Source of the DNA: Desulfatiglandales bacterium
GTDB taxonomy: Bacteria > Desulfobacterota > DSM-4660 > Desulfatiglandales > Desulfatiglandaceae
Length of the DNA: 64,000 nt
Direction of reading: 5' to 3'
NCBI GenBank assembly: GCA_963666345.1
Contig: OY762721.1
Location: forward strand, 2,656,001-2,720,000
Shown here: piece after piece, positions 48,355 to 57,663 of the stretch
Layout: the number at the start of each line of letters is the position of its first letter
How positions within the stretch are numbered: position 1 is the stretch's first letter
Made by a program: the position numbers and the translations under genes
The notes under the pieces: model-generated
What the model saw: the letters and a program-made list of their open reading frames with translations, nothing else
Databases searched by the model: none
Told to the model about the DNA's origin: nothing

Positions 48355-49833
48355 CTACCCGGTTGTAGTTACCGGCATCCCCATTATAGGCCAGAGTACC
48401 CATATGGCAAAGGCCACCACAATCATGAGGATGATGCTTGCGGGAATGCCGTATAGAAAAAACTCCCCCGTGGTGAACTGTTTTGAGTCGTATGCAATCG
48501 CGTTCGGTGCCGCGCCCACAAGAAGAAGAAAGGGCATACCGGCAGTTACCAGGGCGGCAAACAGTATCACATCAGGCGCCACGCTTAGATACGGTGCAAT
48601 TACCAGGGCAACCGGGAGCGATATGGCGATCGCAGCCACATTCATTATGAAGTTGGTCATAATCATTACAAAAAAGGCGATGCTCATGACGAAAACGAAC
48701 CAGCCGGATTTCTGGAACATGGCGAGCCAGTGAACGGCCAGCCATTTTGCGGCGCCTGTTTCCCAGAGGCAGAAACCTATGCTCATGGCCCCTCCGAAAA
48801 GCAGAATAATATTCCAGGGTATTTCCTCAAGATCGTTAAGCGTCAGTATCCCCAGTACGAAAAAGAGGACCGTGGAGATAAGTATGATCGCACTTTTATC
48901 GATCGGCTTCAAGGCGGGCACAAAGGAACGAAGAGACATTACGAGGATACACCCGAAAACGATGGCCGCGGCCATTATCTCCTTCCTGGTTATAGGGCCC
49001 AGTTCGGAGTTGAGCTGTTTGGCCTTTTCTCTGAGCCCAGGAATCCTGTCTTTTTCCGGTTTGAAAAAGATCATGAAGAATCCCCAGAGCAGAAAGGTCA
49101 TGAGCCATCCTATCGGGAACATGTAATAGGTCAATTCAAAGAAACTGATATTTCTTCCGACTATGTCATCGAAAAAGCCTATGGCAACCGCACCACGGGC
49201 GGCCCCCAAGAGGGTGACTATGCTTCCTGCGCCCGCGACATAGGCCATGCCCATGAACAGGCCCTTGCCGAATTTGGTCTGTTTGTCTCCCTCTCCATAC
49301 AGGCTGTAGATTGCCAGCAGGAGCGGATAGATCGTCGCGGCCACCGCGGTGTGCGCCATTATATGGGCGAGCGCGGCCGTAACGAAAAAACAGCCCAGAT
49401 ATATCATGCTTGTCTTTTCCCCGACTATGATAAGCATCTTGTATGCAAGTCTTTTGGTCAGTCCGGTTTTTGTGAAGACGAGTCCGATTACGATGGAGGC
49501 GAAGATGAACATTACCGAGGGGACCATGAAATCGGTAAAGGCTGCCCTGGCGGGGCGTATGAGGAACAGGGCCTGCAGAACCCCTATGGTGATGCTGGTA
49601 ACACCGATGGGGACCACTTCGAAGACCCACCATGTCCCTGCGAGCAGGAATACGGCCAGAGCCCCTTTCGCCTGTTTGGACAGGGCAAAATGCTTTCCCG
49701 CCGGATCAATGGCGTCCGGCCAGGGAGGGGCGTAGTAGACGATTACAAAAAGCAGGACACCTGCCAGTATGGCGATTATCCTTCCCCATTCTATCTTTCC
49801 GCCTGCATTCGGATAGCTGAAAGCACTATTCAT
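48355..49833 (-). CDS. SLC13/DASS family anion transporter
   Basis: Multiple TM segments; WW.FEVVPIGVT, PWNIILLFGGA, TNFIMN, AAPNAIAY. Confidence 0.9.
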   Translation of the reverse strand: MNSAFSYPNAGGKIEWGRIIAILAGVLLFVIVYYAPPWPDAIDPAGKHFALSKQAKGALAVFLLAGTWWVFEVVPIGVTSITIGVLQALFLIRPARAAFTDFMVPSVMFIFASIVIGLVFTKTGLTKRLAYKMLIIVGEKTSMIYLGCFFVTAALAHIMAHTAVAATIYPLLLAIYSLYGEGDKQTKFGKGLFMGMAYVAGAGSIVTLLGAARGAVAIGFFDDIVGRNISFFELTYYMFPIGWLMTFLLWGFFMIFFKPEKDRIPGLREKAKQLNSELGPITRKEIMAAAIVFGCILVMSLRSFVPALKPIDKSAIILISTVLFFVLGILTLNDLEEIPWNIILLFGGAMSIGFCLWETGAAKWLAVHWLAMFQKSGWFVFVMSIAFFVMIMTNFIMNVAAIAISLPVALVIAPYLSVAPDVILFAALVTAGMPFLLLVGAAPNAIAYDSKQFTTGEFFLYGIPASIILMIVVAFAIWVLWPIMGMPVTTTG

Positions 49834-49911
49834 AAATAACCTCCTCAGTAAGTCTTATCGAAAATCAGATATCGGCACGTGCGAGGTTCTCTTTTATGAT
49901 ACTGTGAAAAG

Positions 49912-50466
49912 TTACAGATTGCATTCCTTCATCCTCTGGCATATATGCTTGAAAACGTCCGTAAGCCTGAGAATCCCAACTATTTGATTTTTTCCGGTAA
50001 CCAGGAGCGATTGGTGATGCCCCATGATAAGCTGGTGAATGGCAAGGTCCAGAGACGCGCCTTGGTCTATGTACTCCCCTTCCGTGGGAAGGGTCATGAA
50101 GCTTTTCACCTTCATCTCGGATGCCTTTTTGCATATATCATCAAGAGGTTTGTCAAAAAGCTTGAACTGCTCAAGCATTGAGGCGAGGAATTTGGGGCTG
50201 AAACCGAAACGGGAGACAGGTATCCTCTCTCCCATATCCCCATATTTCGGCTCAAGGCCCTGCAGCACATCATGCTGGCTTATCTTTCCGACTACCTTCC
50301 CCTTTTTGTCAAATACAAGTATGGCCCTGTGCCTGTATCTTGTTTCATCGAACTCATCCTGGGCCTTTTCAAGCGCAACCACAGCTTCATAAAGGGTCGC
50401 GTCTTCCGATACGGTCGCATATTCAGACAAGGGAACCATCAATTCGGATACGATAAATGATTTCAT
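49912..50466 (-). CDS. CBS-domain protein
   Basis: VSELMVPL..YATV..DATL.EA and VKSFMT..IVGILRLTD CBS pair. Confidence 0.85.
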   Translation of the reverse strand: MKSFIVSELMVPLSEYATVSEDATLYEAVVALEKAQDEFDETRYRHRAILVFDKKGKVVGKISQHDVLQGLEPKYGDMGERIPVSRFGFSPKFLASMLEQFKLFDKPLDDICKKASEMKVKSFMTLPTEGEYIDQGASLDLAIHQLIMGHHQSLLVTGKNQIVGILRLTDVFKHICQRMKECNL

Positions 50467-50828
50467 TTCAGCCTCCCCTTTAGATTCTCATGGATATCAC
50501 GGGTAATGTATTTGAATAAATACCGGCCTGCGGGAGCGGGCGCGGAGTGCAGCAATTTCAGGTGGCCTATGCCGGATTTGCGTTATCAGCGCGCAGGCGC
50601 TTATGCCGCGATAAGACAGAACAATTTCCCCGACCAGGAGTTCAGGACCTGGGTTTCCATAATAGAACAGAGGAACCGGAAAGGGACCGCTTTGCCTTTT
50701 CCGCTTCATATGGATGTCTATTGAATCAAAACGATCTGCCTGGTAAGACTCGATTTTACAGTCCTTTTACCTTTTGATTCAATTCAAGGCAAGTCCTTTT
50801 GTTTATATTCAATGAGAAATTAATCGGT

Positions 50829-51431
50829 TCAGCCGTTTAAAAGCCTGATAAGTGCTGAATCCTTAAGGTAATCGATAATGTTGAGACACCCGTAATCCTG
50901 GTGAATAGTGAATATTTTTTCAAGTTCAAGGCCGAGCGCGTTGCAGATGATAACTCTGTTTACGCCGGCATGCGCCACTATAACAAAATTACCTTCCGAC
51001 TGATCATGCCTTAGATCCTCGAAACAGCCGATCACCCGTCTTGAGAAGCTTCCGAGCGATTCTCCGCCCCCGGGATTTGAATAATTGACAAGGTCCGCCT
51101 GCCTTTTTTCAAGCTCTTCCGGAAATGCGCGCCTTAACTCAGCCAGGGTCGTGCCCTCCCAGTCACCGAAATTCATCTCCCTTAACCGGGGCAGGAGCCT
51201 GACCGGCACGTCATGGTAGCGGCCGATCTGATAGGCCATGGAGGATGCACGGTCCAGGTCGCTTGAGTAGATCGCGCCTATGTCCGCAAACCTGAGGCGT
51301 TCGGCCAGATGCCGTGCCTGAAGCATCCCTATTTCAGTCGTGGGAACGTCGGTGTGTCCGTAAATGGGCATGGTCTCATAGCCTTTAACCTGTCCATGCC
51401 TTGCGAGATAGATCCTGCTTGGAGATTCCAT
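50829..51431 (-). CDS. Histidine phosphatase (CobC/phosphoglycerate mutase family)
   Basis: YLARHGQ, YSSDL.RA, LREMNFGDWEG, GGES, VAHAGVNR. Confidence 0.9.
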   Translation of the reverse strand: MESPSRIYLARHGQVKGYETMPIYGHTDVPTTEIGMLQARHLAERLRFADIGAIYSSDLDRASSMAYQIGRYHDVPVRLLPRLREMNFGDWEGTTLAELRRAFPEELEKRQADLVNYSNPGGGESLGSFSRRVIGCFEDLRHDQSEGNFVIVAHAGVNRVIICNALGLELEKIFTIHQDYGCLNIIDYLKDSALIRLLNG

Positions 51432-51870
51432 AGCATGAGATGATAGATAGTCGTAATTTTTATGTCAACGAATTTGGGTTTGGAAACAGGCTAGCGCAAT
51501 GGACTTGAAAGATGCCCCGGCATCCGCAGTGTATTCGTATGTAAGACGCCGGAAAGCCGGACGTATGACCTGTATATCGTGCGTTACCTCTTTATGGTGC
51601 AGGGCTTATCGGTTTTACAAAACATACCATCTGTGATAAGCGTTACATTAACGGCTTCGTAAAAAGGGAGGCCCCCATGGTGCGGGAGAAAATTTTATTG
51701 TGCCGTAAGGAATTTTTATTTTTTAAGAATAGATCATTGATCAAGTTTAAACCAGATAACCCCCTCAGCCTTTTGGAGCCTTCGCTCCACCCCTTGCCTC
51801 TTCTCCCGGTCTGCGGGAGGATCGAAGCGGGAGGGATACGCTGCGGCCGGGAGAGAAATACGCGCCTGAC

Positions 51871-52134
51871 ATGGAAGAAAAACGCAAGGAATGTTTCGGG
51901 GTCCTTGACAAGGTATTCCCGATCGGACAGGGAGATCTGAGAGAGGTCCCTGAATCCTGTTTCGCATGCCCCGTCAGAAAGGCATGCCTCCAGGCAGCCC
52001 TTAAGACGGGTGAGGGCCTGAAACTGAGGGAAGAACTAGTGGATCGTTCAGCCGCCGGGGGGATCCTGGGGGGCCTGATGAGGTGGTCTCAGAAAAAGAC
52101 CCTCAACAGGCTGATGAAAGAGAGAAAGTCGTGA
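51871..52134 (+). CDS. Small Cys-rich hypothetical protein
   Basis: ECFG..CFACPVRKAC; stop 1 nt before the next ATG. Confidence 0.65.
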   Translation: MEEKRKECFGVLDKVFPIGQGDLREVPESCFACPVRKACLQAALKTGEGLKLREELVDRSAAGGILGGLMRWSQKKTLNRLMKERKS

Positions 52135-52135
52135 G

Positions 52136-52936
52136 ATGTCCAGGATCGAAATAATCTGCCCTTTCTGCGGTTTTTCAAAAGAAATCGGGGAAGAAATAAT
52201 ACCCAGGGGAGCAAAAAGGGCGACCTGCCCCAGATGCCGCCAGCGTTTCGAGATTCCATGTTTCGGTAAAAACGCGGAACATTCAGCAGAAACAGATGCG
52301 CCCGGCCCGGACAAAGAATCTCCATGGGAAAACCGCTCCGAGATAGGCCTTTTACAGGGGGTGTTTCGCACCTTAAGAGAGGTCCTTTTCCGTCCCTCCT
52401 CGTTTTTCAGAGACTTAAGTGCCAACCGCGGAATGTGGGAACCGATGGGATTCGGCCTGCTTACCGGTTCCATAGGGGCCATGTTCGGCTTTTTCTGGCA
52501 TTTCCTCCTGCTGTCCGGGACCATGTCAAGATTCGGGGTACCTTTTTTCGGGCATGCAGCCGCCGGCATATTATTCGTATTCATGATAACCCTTGTCCCG
52601 TTGATCATAGCGCTGGGCATGGTTGTGTATGCCGCGTTTCTGCACCTTCTTCTGAGCATCGTAAGGGGAGGCGGAAGGGGATTTGAGGCCTCCTTCAGGG
52701 TGATCGCCTTTTCCCAGTCCGCGCAGCTGCTTGGTATTATTCCGGTAATCGGAGGATGGGCAGGGCTTGTATGGCAGCTTATCGTGCAGGCGGCGGGACT
52801 CAAGGAGATCCACAGGATTTCATATCTGAGACTTACGGCGGCAATGCTCATCCCGGTTGCCCTTGTTCTCTTGTTTGCCCTTGCAGTGGTCCTTTTCGTT
52901 CCTTTTTCCGTGCAGACCGGTACCACCTATATATGA
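52136..52936 (+). CDS. Zinc-ribbon + Yip1-domain membrane protein
   Basis: CPFC..CPRC N-terminus; PWE..VLFRPSSFF and about five TM segments. Confidence 0.8.
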   Translation: MSRIEIICPFCGFSKEIGEEIIPRGAKRATCPRCRQRFEIPCFGKNAEHSAETDAPGPDKESPWENRSEIGLLQGVFRTLREVLFRPSSFFRDLSANRGMWEPMGFGLLTGSIGAMFGFFWHFLLLSGTMSRFGVPFFGHAAAGILFVFMITLVPLIIALGMVVYAAFLHLLLSIVRGGGRGFEASFRVIAFSQSAQLLGIIPVIGGWAGLVWQLIVQAAGLKEIHRISYLRLTAAMLIPVALVLLFALAVVLFVPFSVQTGTTYI

Positions 52937-52976
52937 ATAAGGAAGGCGTTTGGGATATCCGATGCCGGGTGAAGAT

Positions 52977-54020
52977 ATGAGAGAAATAGCGATCTGGATT
53001 GCCGATGAAAGGTTCATCTACGATATGCTGGATGGATTTCCCTCCATCCTTGTACTGCTGCTCATAGTCCTGTGCATCGTAGTGGTATCCAAGGGGGCGG
53101 ACTGGCTCGTAGAAGGGGCTGTGCGTCTGGCGGGCGCAACCGGGCTTTCCAGGATCTTTATCGGGGCGACGGTCGTGTCTCTGGGGACCACGACACCCGA
53201 GGCGGTCGTATCCGTTATGGCCGCCTGGATGGGAAACCCCGGTCTTGCCCTTGGAAACGGGGTGGGATCAATTATCGCGGATACGGGACTCATCTTCGGG
53301 TTGAGCTGCATCCTGGCGTCCATGCCGGTGAATCGCTATATCCTGAACAGGACCGGCTGGGTACAGGTGGGGTCCGCCACCCTGCTGGTGATAATCGCGC
53401 TCATAGCGGCAGCGGGCACCGGGCCCCCTGTTATCGGTAGATCGGTAGGGCTCCTGTTCCTCTGTATCCTTACGGGCTATCTCTACATGACCTATGTGTG
53501 GGCGAAAAGGGGGGCGCCGACTGATGAGGGTACGGCTGAATGTTCGGCCGCGGGGGGGCTGGCCTGGTCGTGGTCCAGGATCGTGGCAGGCCTTGTCATG
53601 GTGGTGGCGGGGGCAAGGATTCTCGTTCCCTGTGTTTCATGTATGGCCCACAGGGTAGGGGTTCCGGACGACGTGATCGCCGCCACCCTGGTGGCCTTCG
53701 GCACCTCGCTTCCCGAGCTTATAACGGCGGTTGCGGCAATCAGAAAGGGGCATCCTGAGATCACCATAGGAAACATAGTTGGGGCCGATGTCCTCAACTG
53801 CCTTTTCGTGATCGGGGCGGCCGCTGCTGCAAGGCCCCTTGCGATCCCGGAAAATTTCTACACCTTTCATTTCCCCGCCATGCTGCTGATACTCTATTCG
53901 TTCAGGATCTTTATCGGCATGAACAGACAAGGGCGCTTCAGGAAGTGGCAGGGGGGGTGGCTTCTGGGGGTCTATTTCGTCTATATCCTGCTTCAATATC
54001 TCTTTAATATTGAGGCGTAA
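52977..54020 (+). CDS. Calcium/sodium antiporter (YrbG/CaCA family)
   Basis: Alpha repeats GTTTPE..GNGVGS and GTSLPE..GNIVGA. Confidence 0.92.
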   Translation: MREIAIWIADERFIYDMLDGFPSILVLLLIVLCIVVVSKGADWLVEGAVRLAGATGLSRIFIGATVVSLGTTTPEAVVSVMAAWMGNPGLALGNGVGSIIADTGLIFGLSCILASMPVNRYILNRTGWVQVGSATLLVIIALIAAAGTGPPVIGRSVGLLFLCILTGYLYMTYVWAKRGAPTDEGTAECSAAGGLAWSWSRIVAGLVMVVAGARILVPCVSCMAHRVGVPDDVIAATLVAFGTSLPELITAVAAIRKGHPEITIGNIVGADVLNCLFVIGAAAAARPLAIPENFYTFHFPAMLLILYSFRIFIGMNRQGRFRKWQGGWLLGVYFVYILLQYLFNIEA

Positions 54021-54066
54021 TTTTTTATGGATCATCTCCAAAAGAGTTGATCTAAATGAAGGATTC

Positions 54067-54122
54067 TTTGCTCCGCTTACGCTTCGCTCAGCCCCACTGC
54101 TTCGCAGCGGGTTCCCGGGTTC
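54067..54122. repeat. Third copy of the GCTTCGC-rich REP-like unit
   Basis: Near-identical to 6169-6224. Confidence 0.85.
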
Positions 54123-54153
54123 GAGGGGTCAAGGGGCCAAGGGTTCGAGTGAA

Positions 54154-54526
54154 ATGCTTAAAGATCATAGGCAGTTAAACGTTCGGCAAAAACCGTATAC
54201 GCCTTGTTTACATATCTATAAAGAAACGAAAAGTTTTCCAAAAGATGAGCGGTACGGTTTGACCTCCCAAATCAGAAGATCTGCGGTTTCCATACCATCG
54301 AATATCGCCTAAAGGTATGGGAGGAAAACGACTATGGAGTATGTGAGATTTCTCTATATTGCATATGGTTCAGTCTGTGAACTGGAAACCCAAGCCATGA
54401 TATCAGGTGAGTTGGGTTATGTGAAAAAAACAGAGGCTTCAGGAATTAAAAGGGCAAATCGGGGATGTCGAGACAATGCTCAAAGCGTTGATCAAATTTC
54501 TGGAAAGCAAACCATCGACTCCTTGA
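54154..54526 (+). pseudogene. Four-helix-bundle protein (23S rRNA-IVP/Avd-like) pseudogene
   Basis: FPKDERYGLTSQIRRSAVSIPSNIA*RYGRK..FLYIAYGSVCELETQ; in-frame TAA at 54310 and a frameshift near the A-run at 54424 before IGDVETMLKALIK. Confidence 0.88.
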
Positions 54527-54593
54527 ACCCTTGAACCCTTGAACCCTTGAACCCTTTATCCTAACTAATTGGGAGAAGAACCAAAATTATAAA

Positions 54594-54640
54594 CAGTTAA
54601 ACGTTCGGTAAAAATCGTATATGCCTTGTTTGCATATCTA
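54594..54640 (+). pseudogene. Short extra fragment of the four-helix-bundle gene 5' region, cut off by a family B MITE
   Basis: CAGTTAAACGTTCGGTAAAAATCGTATATGCCTTGTTTGCATATCTA matches 54172-54218. Confidence 0.7.
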
Positions 54641-54796
54641 GTGTTCATCCGTAAATCAAGATTTATGGAATCACGTTATAGGCAATCAGCTCTCAGCAGT
54701 CAGCAAAACATCAGGAATATCAATTTATTGGTTCTCTGCCGATGGCTGACGGCTGAAAGCAACATCCGGAAATGATCCATTTCCGGATGGGAACTA
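54639..54796. mobile_element. MITE-like repeat (family B) with imperfect 18-bp TIRs
   Basis: TAGTGTTCATCCGTAAAT versus reverse complement of the right end TAGTTCCCATCCGGAAAT; second copy at about 17283-17456. Confidence 0.72.
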
Positions 54797-54813
54797 CTTA
54801 AGGAAGATATAAT

Positions 54814-57042
54814 ATGACAAAAGGTACGTCTTTGATTGAATATGAAAAGGTCTTAAATCCGATGCAGCTTGAGGCGGTCATGACGCTTCAGGGGCCGCTG
54901 CTTGTAATCGCGGGCGCGGGCAGCGGAAAGACCAGGACCCTAACCTACCGGGTCGCGCGACTTGTCGAGACCGGCGTTGATCCGGAAGCGATCCTGCTTC
55001 TGACCTTCACCAGAAAAGCCTCGCAGGAGATGCTTGAAAGGGCCGCGGCTCTTAGCGATTCCAGATGTACGCGGGTATCCGGAGGGACCTTTCACTCCCT
55101 TGCCCACCGGGTATTGAGGGGCAACGCGGAACTGGCCGGTTATTCACCCTCTTTCACCATCCTTGACCGGGCCGATATGGAGGAGGTCATTCAATCCCTG
55201 GTCCCTGATCTGGGTCTGCCCAAGGGGACCCCCAGGTTCCCCAAAAGGGGCACCCTGGCAAACATATTGAGCAAGTCCGCAAACCTCCAGTGTCCTGTCG
55301 ACAACCTCATTGCAGACGAGTTCGCCCATTTCGTGGAATTTACCTCCGACATAAATACCCTGGGGGAACTCTACAGGGGCTACAAAAAGAAAAATCAGCT
55401 GATGGACTATGATGACCTTATAATAAATTTCAGGGACATATTGGCGCACAGCAGGGAGCTTAGAACAAGACTGGGCCTTAAGTACGGATATATAATGGTG
55501 GATGAATATCAGGACACAAACTCCATACAGGCGGATATCTCAAGGTATCTTGCCGATGAACATGGCAATATCATGGTGGTGGGGGACGACTCCCAGTCGA
55601 TCTATTCCTTCAGGGGCGCCAATTACAGGAACATGTTCGAATTCACCGACCATTTCCCTGAGGCAAGGATCATAAAGCTGGAGGAAAACTACCGCTCAAC
55701 CCAGCCGATCCTTTCCTTTACAAACGCCCTTATGGACGGGGCCGTGGAAAAGTATACCAAGTGCCTCTTTACCAAGAGGGGAGACGGGGAAAGGCCGAAG
55801 ATCGTGGATACGGGAAGCGATCCCGGGCAGGCGGCCTATGTGTGCCGCTTTATTCAGGAGCAGGTCGGGAAGGGAAAGGCACTCAAGGACCACGCCGTGC
55901 TATTCAGGGCCGGATACCACTCCTTTGAGCTTGAGGCGGAACTTACCAGACAGGGGGTCCCGTATGTAAAGTACGGCGGGTTCAAGTTTCTGGAATCCGC
56001 GCATATCAAGGATTTTATCGCGCACCTCAGGGTTCTGGTAAACAGGGACGAGGCGGTGAGCTGGGGAAGGGTGCTTGGGCTCATAAAAAACGTGGGCCGG
56101 GCAAAGACCAGGGACATAATAAGGTGGATGCGGGAGTCTGATATCCCTCCCGAGGAGGTGGCGTCATGGCCGGGGCGCGGCGGAAGAGATAACCGCGGCC
56201 TCAAGGACCTGGGCAGCCTTTTCAGGAAGCTGTCTTCAAATAAGATAGCCCCCAAGCAGGCGGTTTCAAAGGTCATGGACTACTACGGCCCCATCCTTGA
56301 GGAGAAATTCGATGACCATCCCAGAAGAAGAAAGGAACTGGAACAGCTCATACGGATGTCCAAGAGATACAGGAAGCTCAGAGGCTTTCTGGATGATCTC
56401 GTGCTTGAACCCCCGGCAAGTTCAGCCGATATAGGCATGGAAAAGGGGGATGACTGTCTTACCCTTTCTACCATTCATTCGGCAAAGGGGCTTGAATGGC
56501 CCGTGGTATTTATCATATGGCTCAAGGACGGAAGGTTCCCGCCCGCCCAGGCATGCTCGGATGATGAGGCGCTTGAAGAGGAGCGCAGGCTTATGTATGT
56601 GGCGGCAACAAGGGCCAAGGACAGGCTCATCATGTGTTATCCCGGAAGAGACACGGGCCCTGCCTGGGCCGCGGCCTATTCAGGGGGAAACAACAGCGGT
56701 CCGTCATGTCTTCTTAATGGAATTCCTGACGGCATAACCTCGTTTGAGGCATCAAAGAGGGGCTTTTCTTTCAGAGACAGGGGAAAGGACATTATCTTCG
56801 GCCGGAGACGCGGCGCTATAATCAGGAGGGAAAACGCCTCAGGCGGCAGGGACAGGTCCCTTAAACCGACTGAGGGCGAAAACGGGGGAAACGGCTTTTG
56901 CCAGGGGGAAAAGGTCAATCACCCGGCGTTCGGCCCGGGGGTCGTATCACGGCTTATAGGATCCGATAAGGTGGAGGTGCTCTTCAGCAGGTTCGGCCGA
57001 AAGCTTCTGCACCTTCAGTACACCACGCTTGAGAAGGGGTGA
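54814..57042 (+). CDS. UvrD/PcrA/Rep-family ATP-dependent DNA helicase
   Basis: AGAGSGKT, VDEYQD, VGDDSQSIYSFRGA, LEENYRS, TIHSAKGLEW, EERRLMYVAATRA, C-terminal tudor-like V.HPAFG.G. Confidence 0.95.
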   Translation: MTKGTSLIEYEKVLNPMQLEAVMTLQGPLLVIAGAGSGKTRTLTYRVARLVETGVDPEAILLLTFTRKASQEMLERAAALSDSRCTRVSGGTFHSLAHRVLRGNAELAGYSPSFTILDRADMEEVIQSLVPDLGLPKGTPRFPKRGTLANILSKSANLQCPVDNLIADEFAHFVEFTSDINTLGELYRGYKKKNQLMDYDDLIINFRDILAHSRELRTRLGLKYGYIMVDEYQDTNSIQADISRYLADEHGNIMVVGDDSQSIYSFRGANYRNMFEFTDHFPEARIIKLEENYRSTQPILSFTNALMDGAVEKYTKCLFTKRGDGERPKIVDTGSDPGQAAYVCRFIQEQVGKGKALKDHAVLFRAGYHSFELEAELTRQGVPYVKYGGFKFLESAHIKDFIAHLRVLVNRDEAVSWGRVLGLIKNVGRAKTRDIIRWMRESDIPPEEVASWPGRGGRDNRGLKDLGSLFRKLSSNKIAPKQAVSKVMDYYGPILEEKFDDHPRRRKELEQLIRMSKRYRKLRGFLDDLVLEPPASSADIGMEKGDDCLTLSTIHSAKGLEWPVVFIIWLKDGRFPPAQACSDDEALEEERRLMYVAATRAKDRLIMCYPGRDTGPAWAAAYSGGNNSGPSCLLNGIPDGITSFEASKRGFSFRDRGKDIIFGRRRGAIIRRENASGGRDRSLKPTEGENGGNGFCQGEKVNHPAFGPGVVSRLIGSDKVEVLFSRFGRKLLHLQYTTLEKG

Positions 57043-57085
57043 AAAAGACAGGGGCCAAGGGCTCGAGAGGTCAATCGGGGGAAGG

Positions 57086-57652
57086 TTATTTTACCAGCTT
57101 CAGGACCTCCCTGAACTTATCCGTGCCCGCCTTTTTGAGCAGTTCATAAAAAAACATCTCGCATGTCGTAAGGGTCACGCCGCACCCTGCCATCCTTTTA
57201 AGCGCGATGTCTCTGTCGTCCCTTGCGCGGGAAGAGGTGCAGTCTGTCAGAAGCTGGACCCCGTAACCGGAAAGCGCGTAAATGGCGGTCTGGGCAACAC
57301 ATATGTGGGTCTCGATGCCTGCGACAATCAGGACCTTTTTGCCTGTGTCTTTAATCCGCCCGGCGAAACCGGGAGATCTGAAGCAGTTGAAATCCATCTT
57401 CATTACCGGGGCGACATCTTCCATCTCAACGCGGATCTCAGGGATGGTCTCTCCCAGGTTCTCCTGCTCGGTAAGGATAATCGGAAGATCCATTATCTTC
57501 GAAAACCTGATGAGCCTGACAATATTGTCTCTTATCCTTTCCTTGTCGGAGATAAGCTGAAAAAGCCTTTCCTGAACATCTATTATCAAAAGGCAACAAT
57601 CCTGCTTGTCAACCAGCCTTTTATCGCAGCCCTCGGCTATTACGGCACCCAT
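57086..57652 (-). CDS. Isochorismatase-family (YcaC-like) cysteine hydrolase
   Basis: IIDVQERL, TEQ, K..FNC, GIETHICVAQT. Confidence 0.9.
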   Translation of the reverse strand: MGAVIAEGCDKRLVDKQDCCLLIIDVQERLFQLISDKERIRDNIVRLIRFSKIMDLPIILTEQENLGETIPEIRVEMEDVAPVMKMDFNCFRSPGFAGRIKDTGKKVLIVAGIETHICVAQTAIYALSGYGVQLLTDCTSSRARDDRDIALKRMAGCGVTLTTCEMFFYELLKKAGTDKFREVLKLVK

Positions 57653-57663
57653 AAGACTCCCCG

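Larger units (their letters stand above)
54029..54582 (+). mobile_element. Non-autonomous element (family A): imperfect TIRs, inverted octamer arms, dead four-helix-bundle gene, one REP-like insert
   Basis: Left end GGATCATCTCCAAAAGAGTT; reverse complement of right end GGTTCTTCTCCCAATTAGTT; 5' arm GGGTTCGA/GGGGTCAA/GGGGCCAA/GGGTTCGA, 3' arm (TTGAACCC)x4. Confidence 0.75.

Noticed and set aside
48730..49839. Long antisense ORFs (also 8783-9592, 25805-26482, 33815-34717, 52048-52926)
   Set aside because: They shadow well-supported genes on the opposite strand and have no motifs.
50497..50787. Small ORFs and an FNR-like box (TTGAT-TCAA-TTCAA at 50774-50787) upstream of the CBS gene
   Set aside because: The ORFs lack motifs or a clear RBS, and a single imperfect box in AT-rich DNA is not enough evidence.
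54154..54526. Diversity-generating retroelement suggested by Avd-like genes
   Set aside because: No reverse transcriptase and no TR/VR pair differing at adenines in the window; differences between copies are not A-specific.
54021..54590. Target-site duplication for the 54 kb element
   Set aside because: Flanks TTTTTTAT and AAAATTAT match at only 4 of 8 positions, so a TSD is claimed only for the 33 kb copy.
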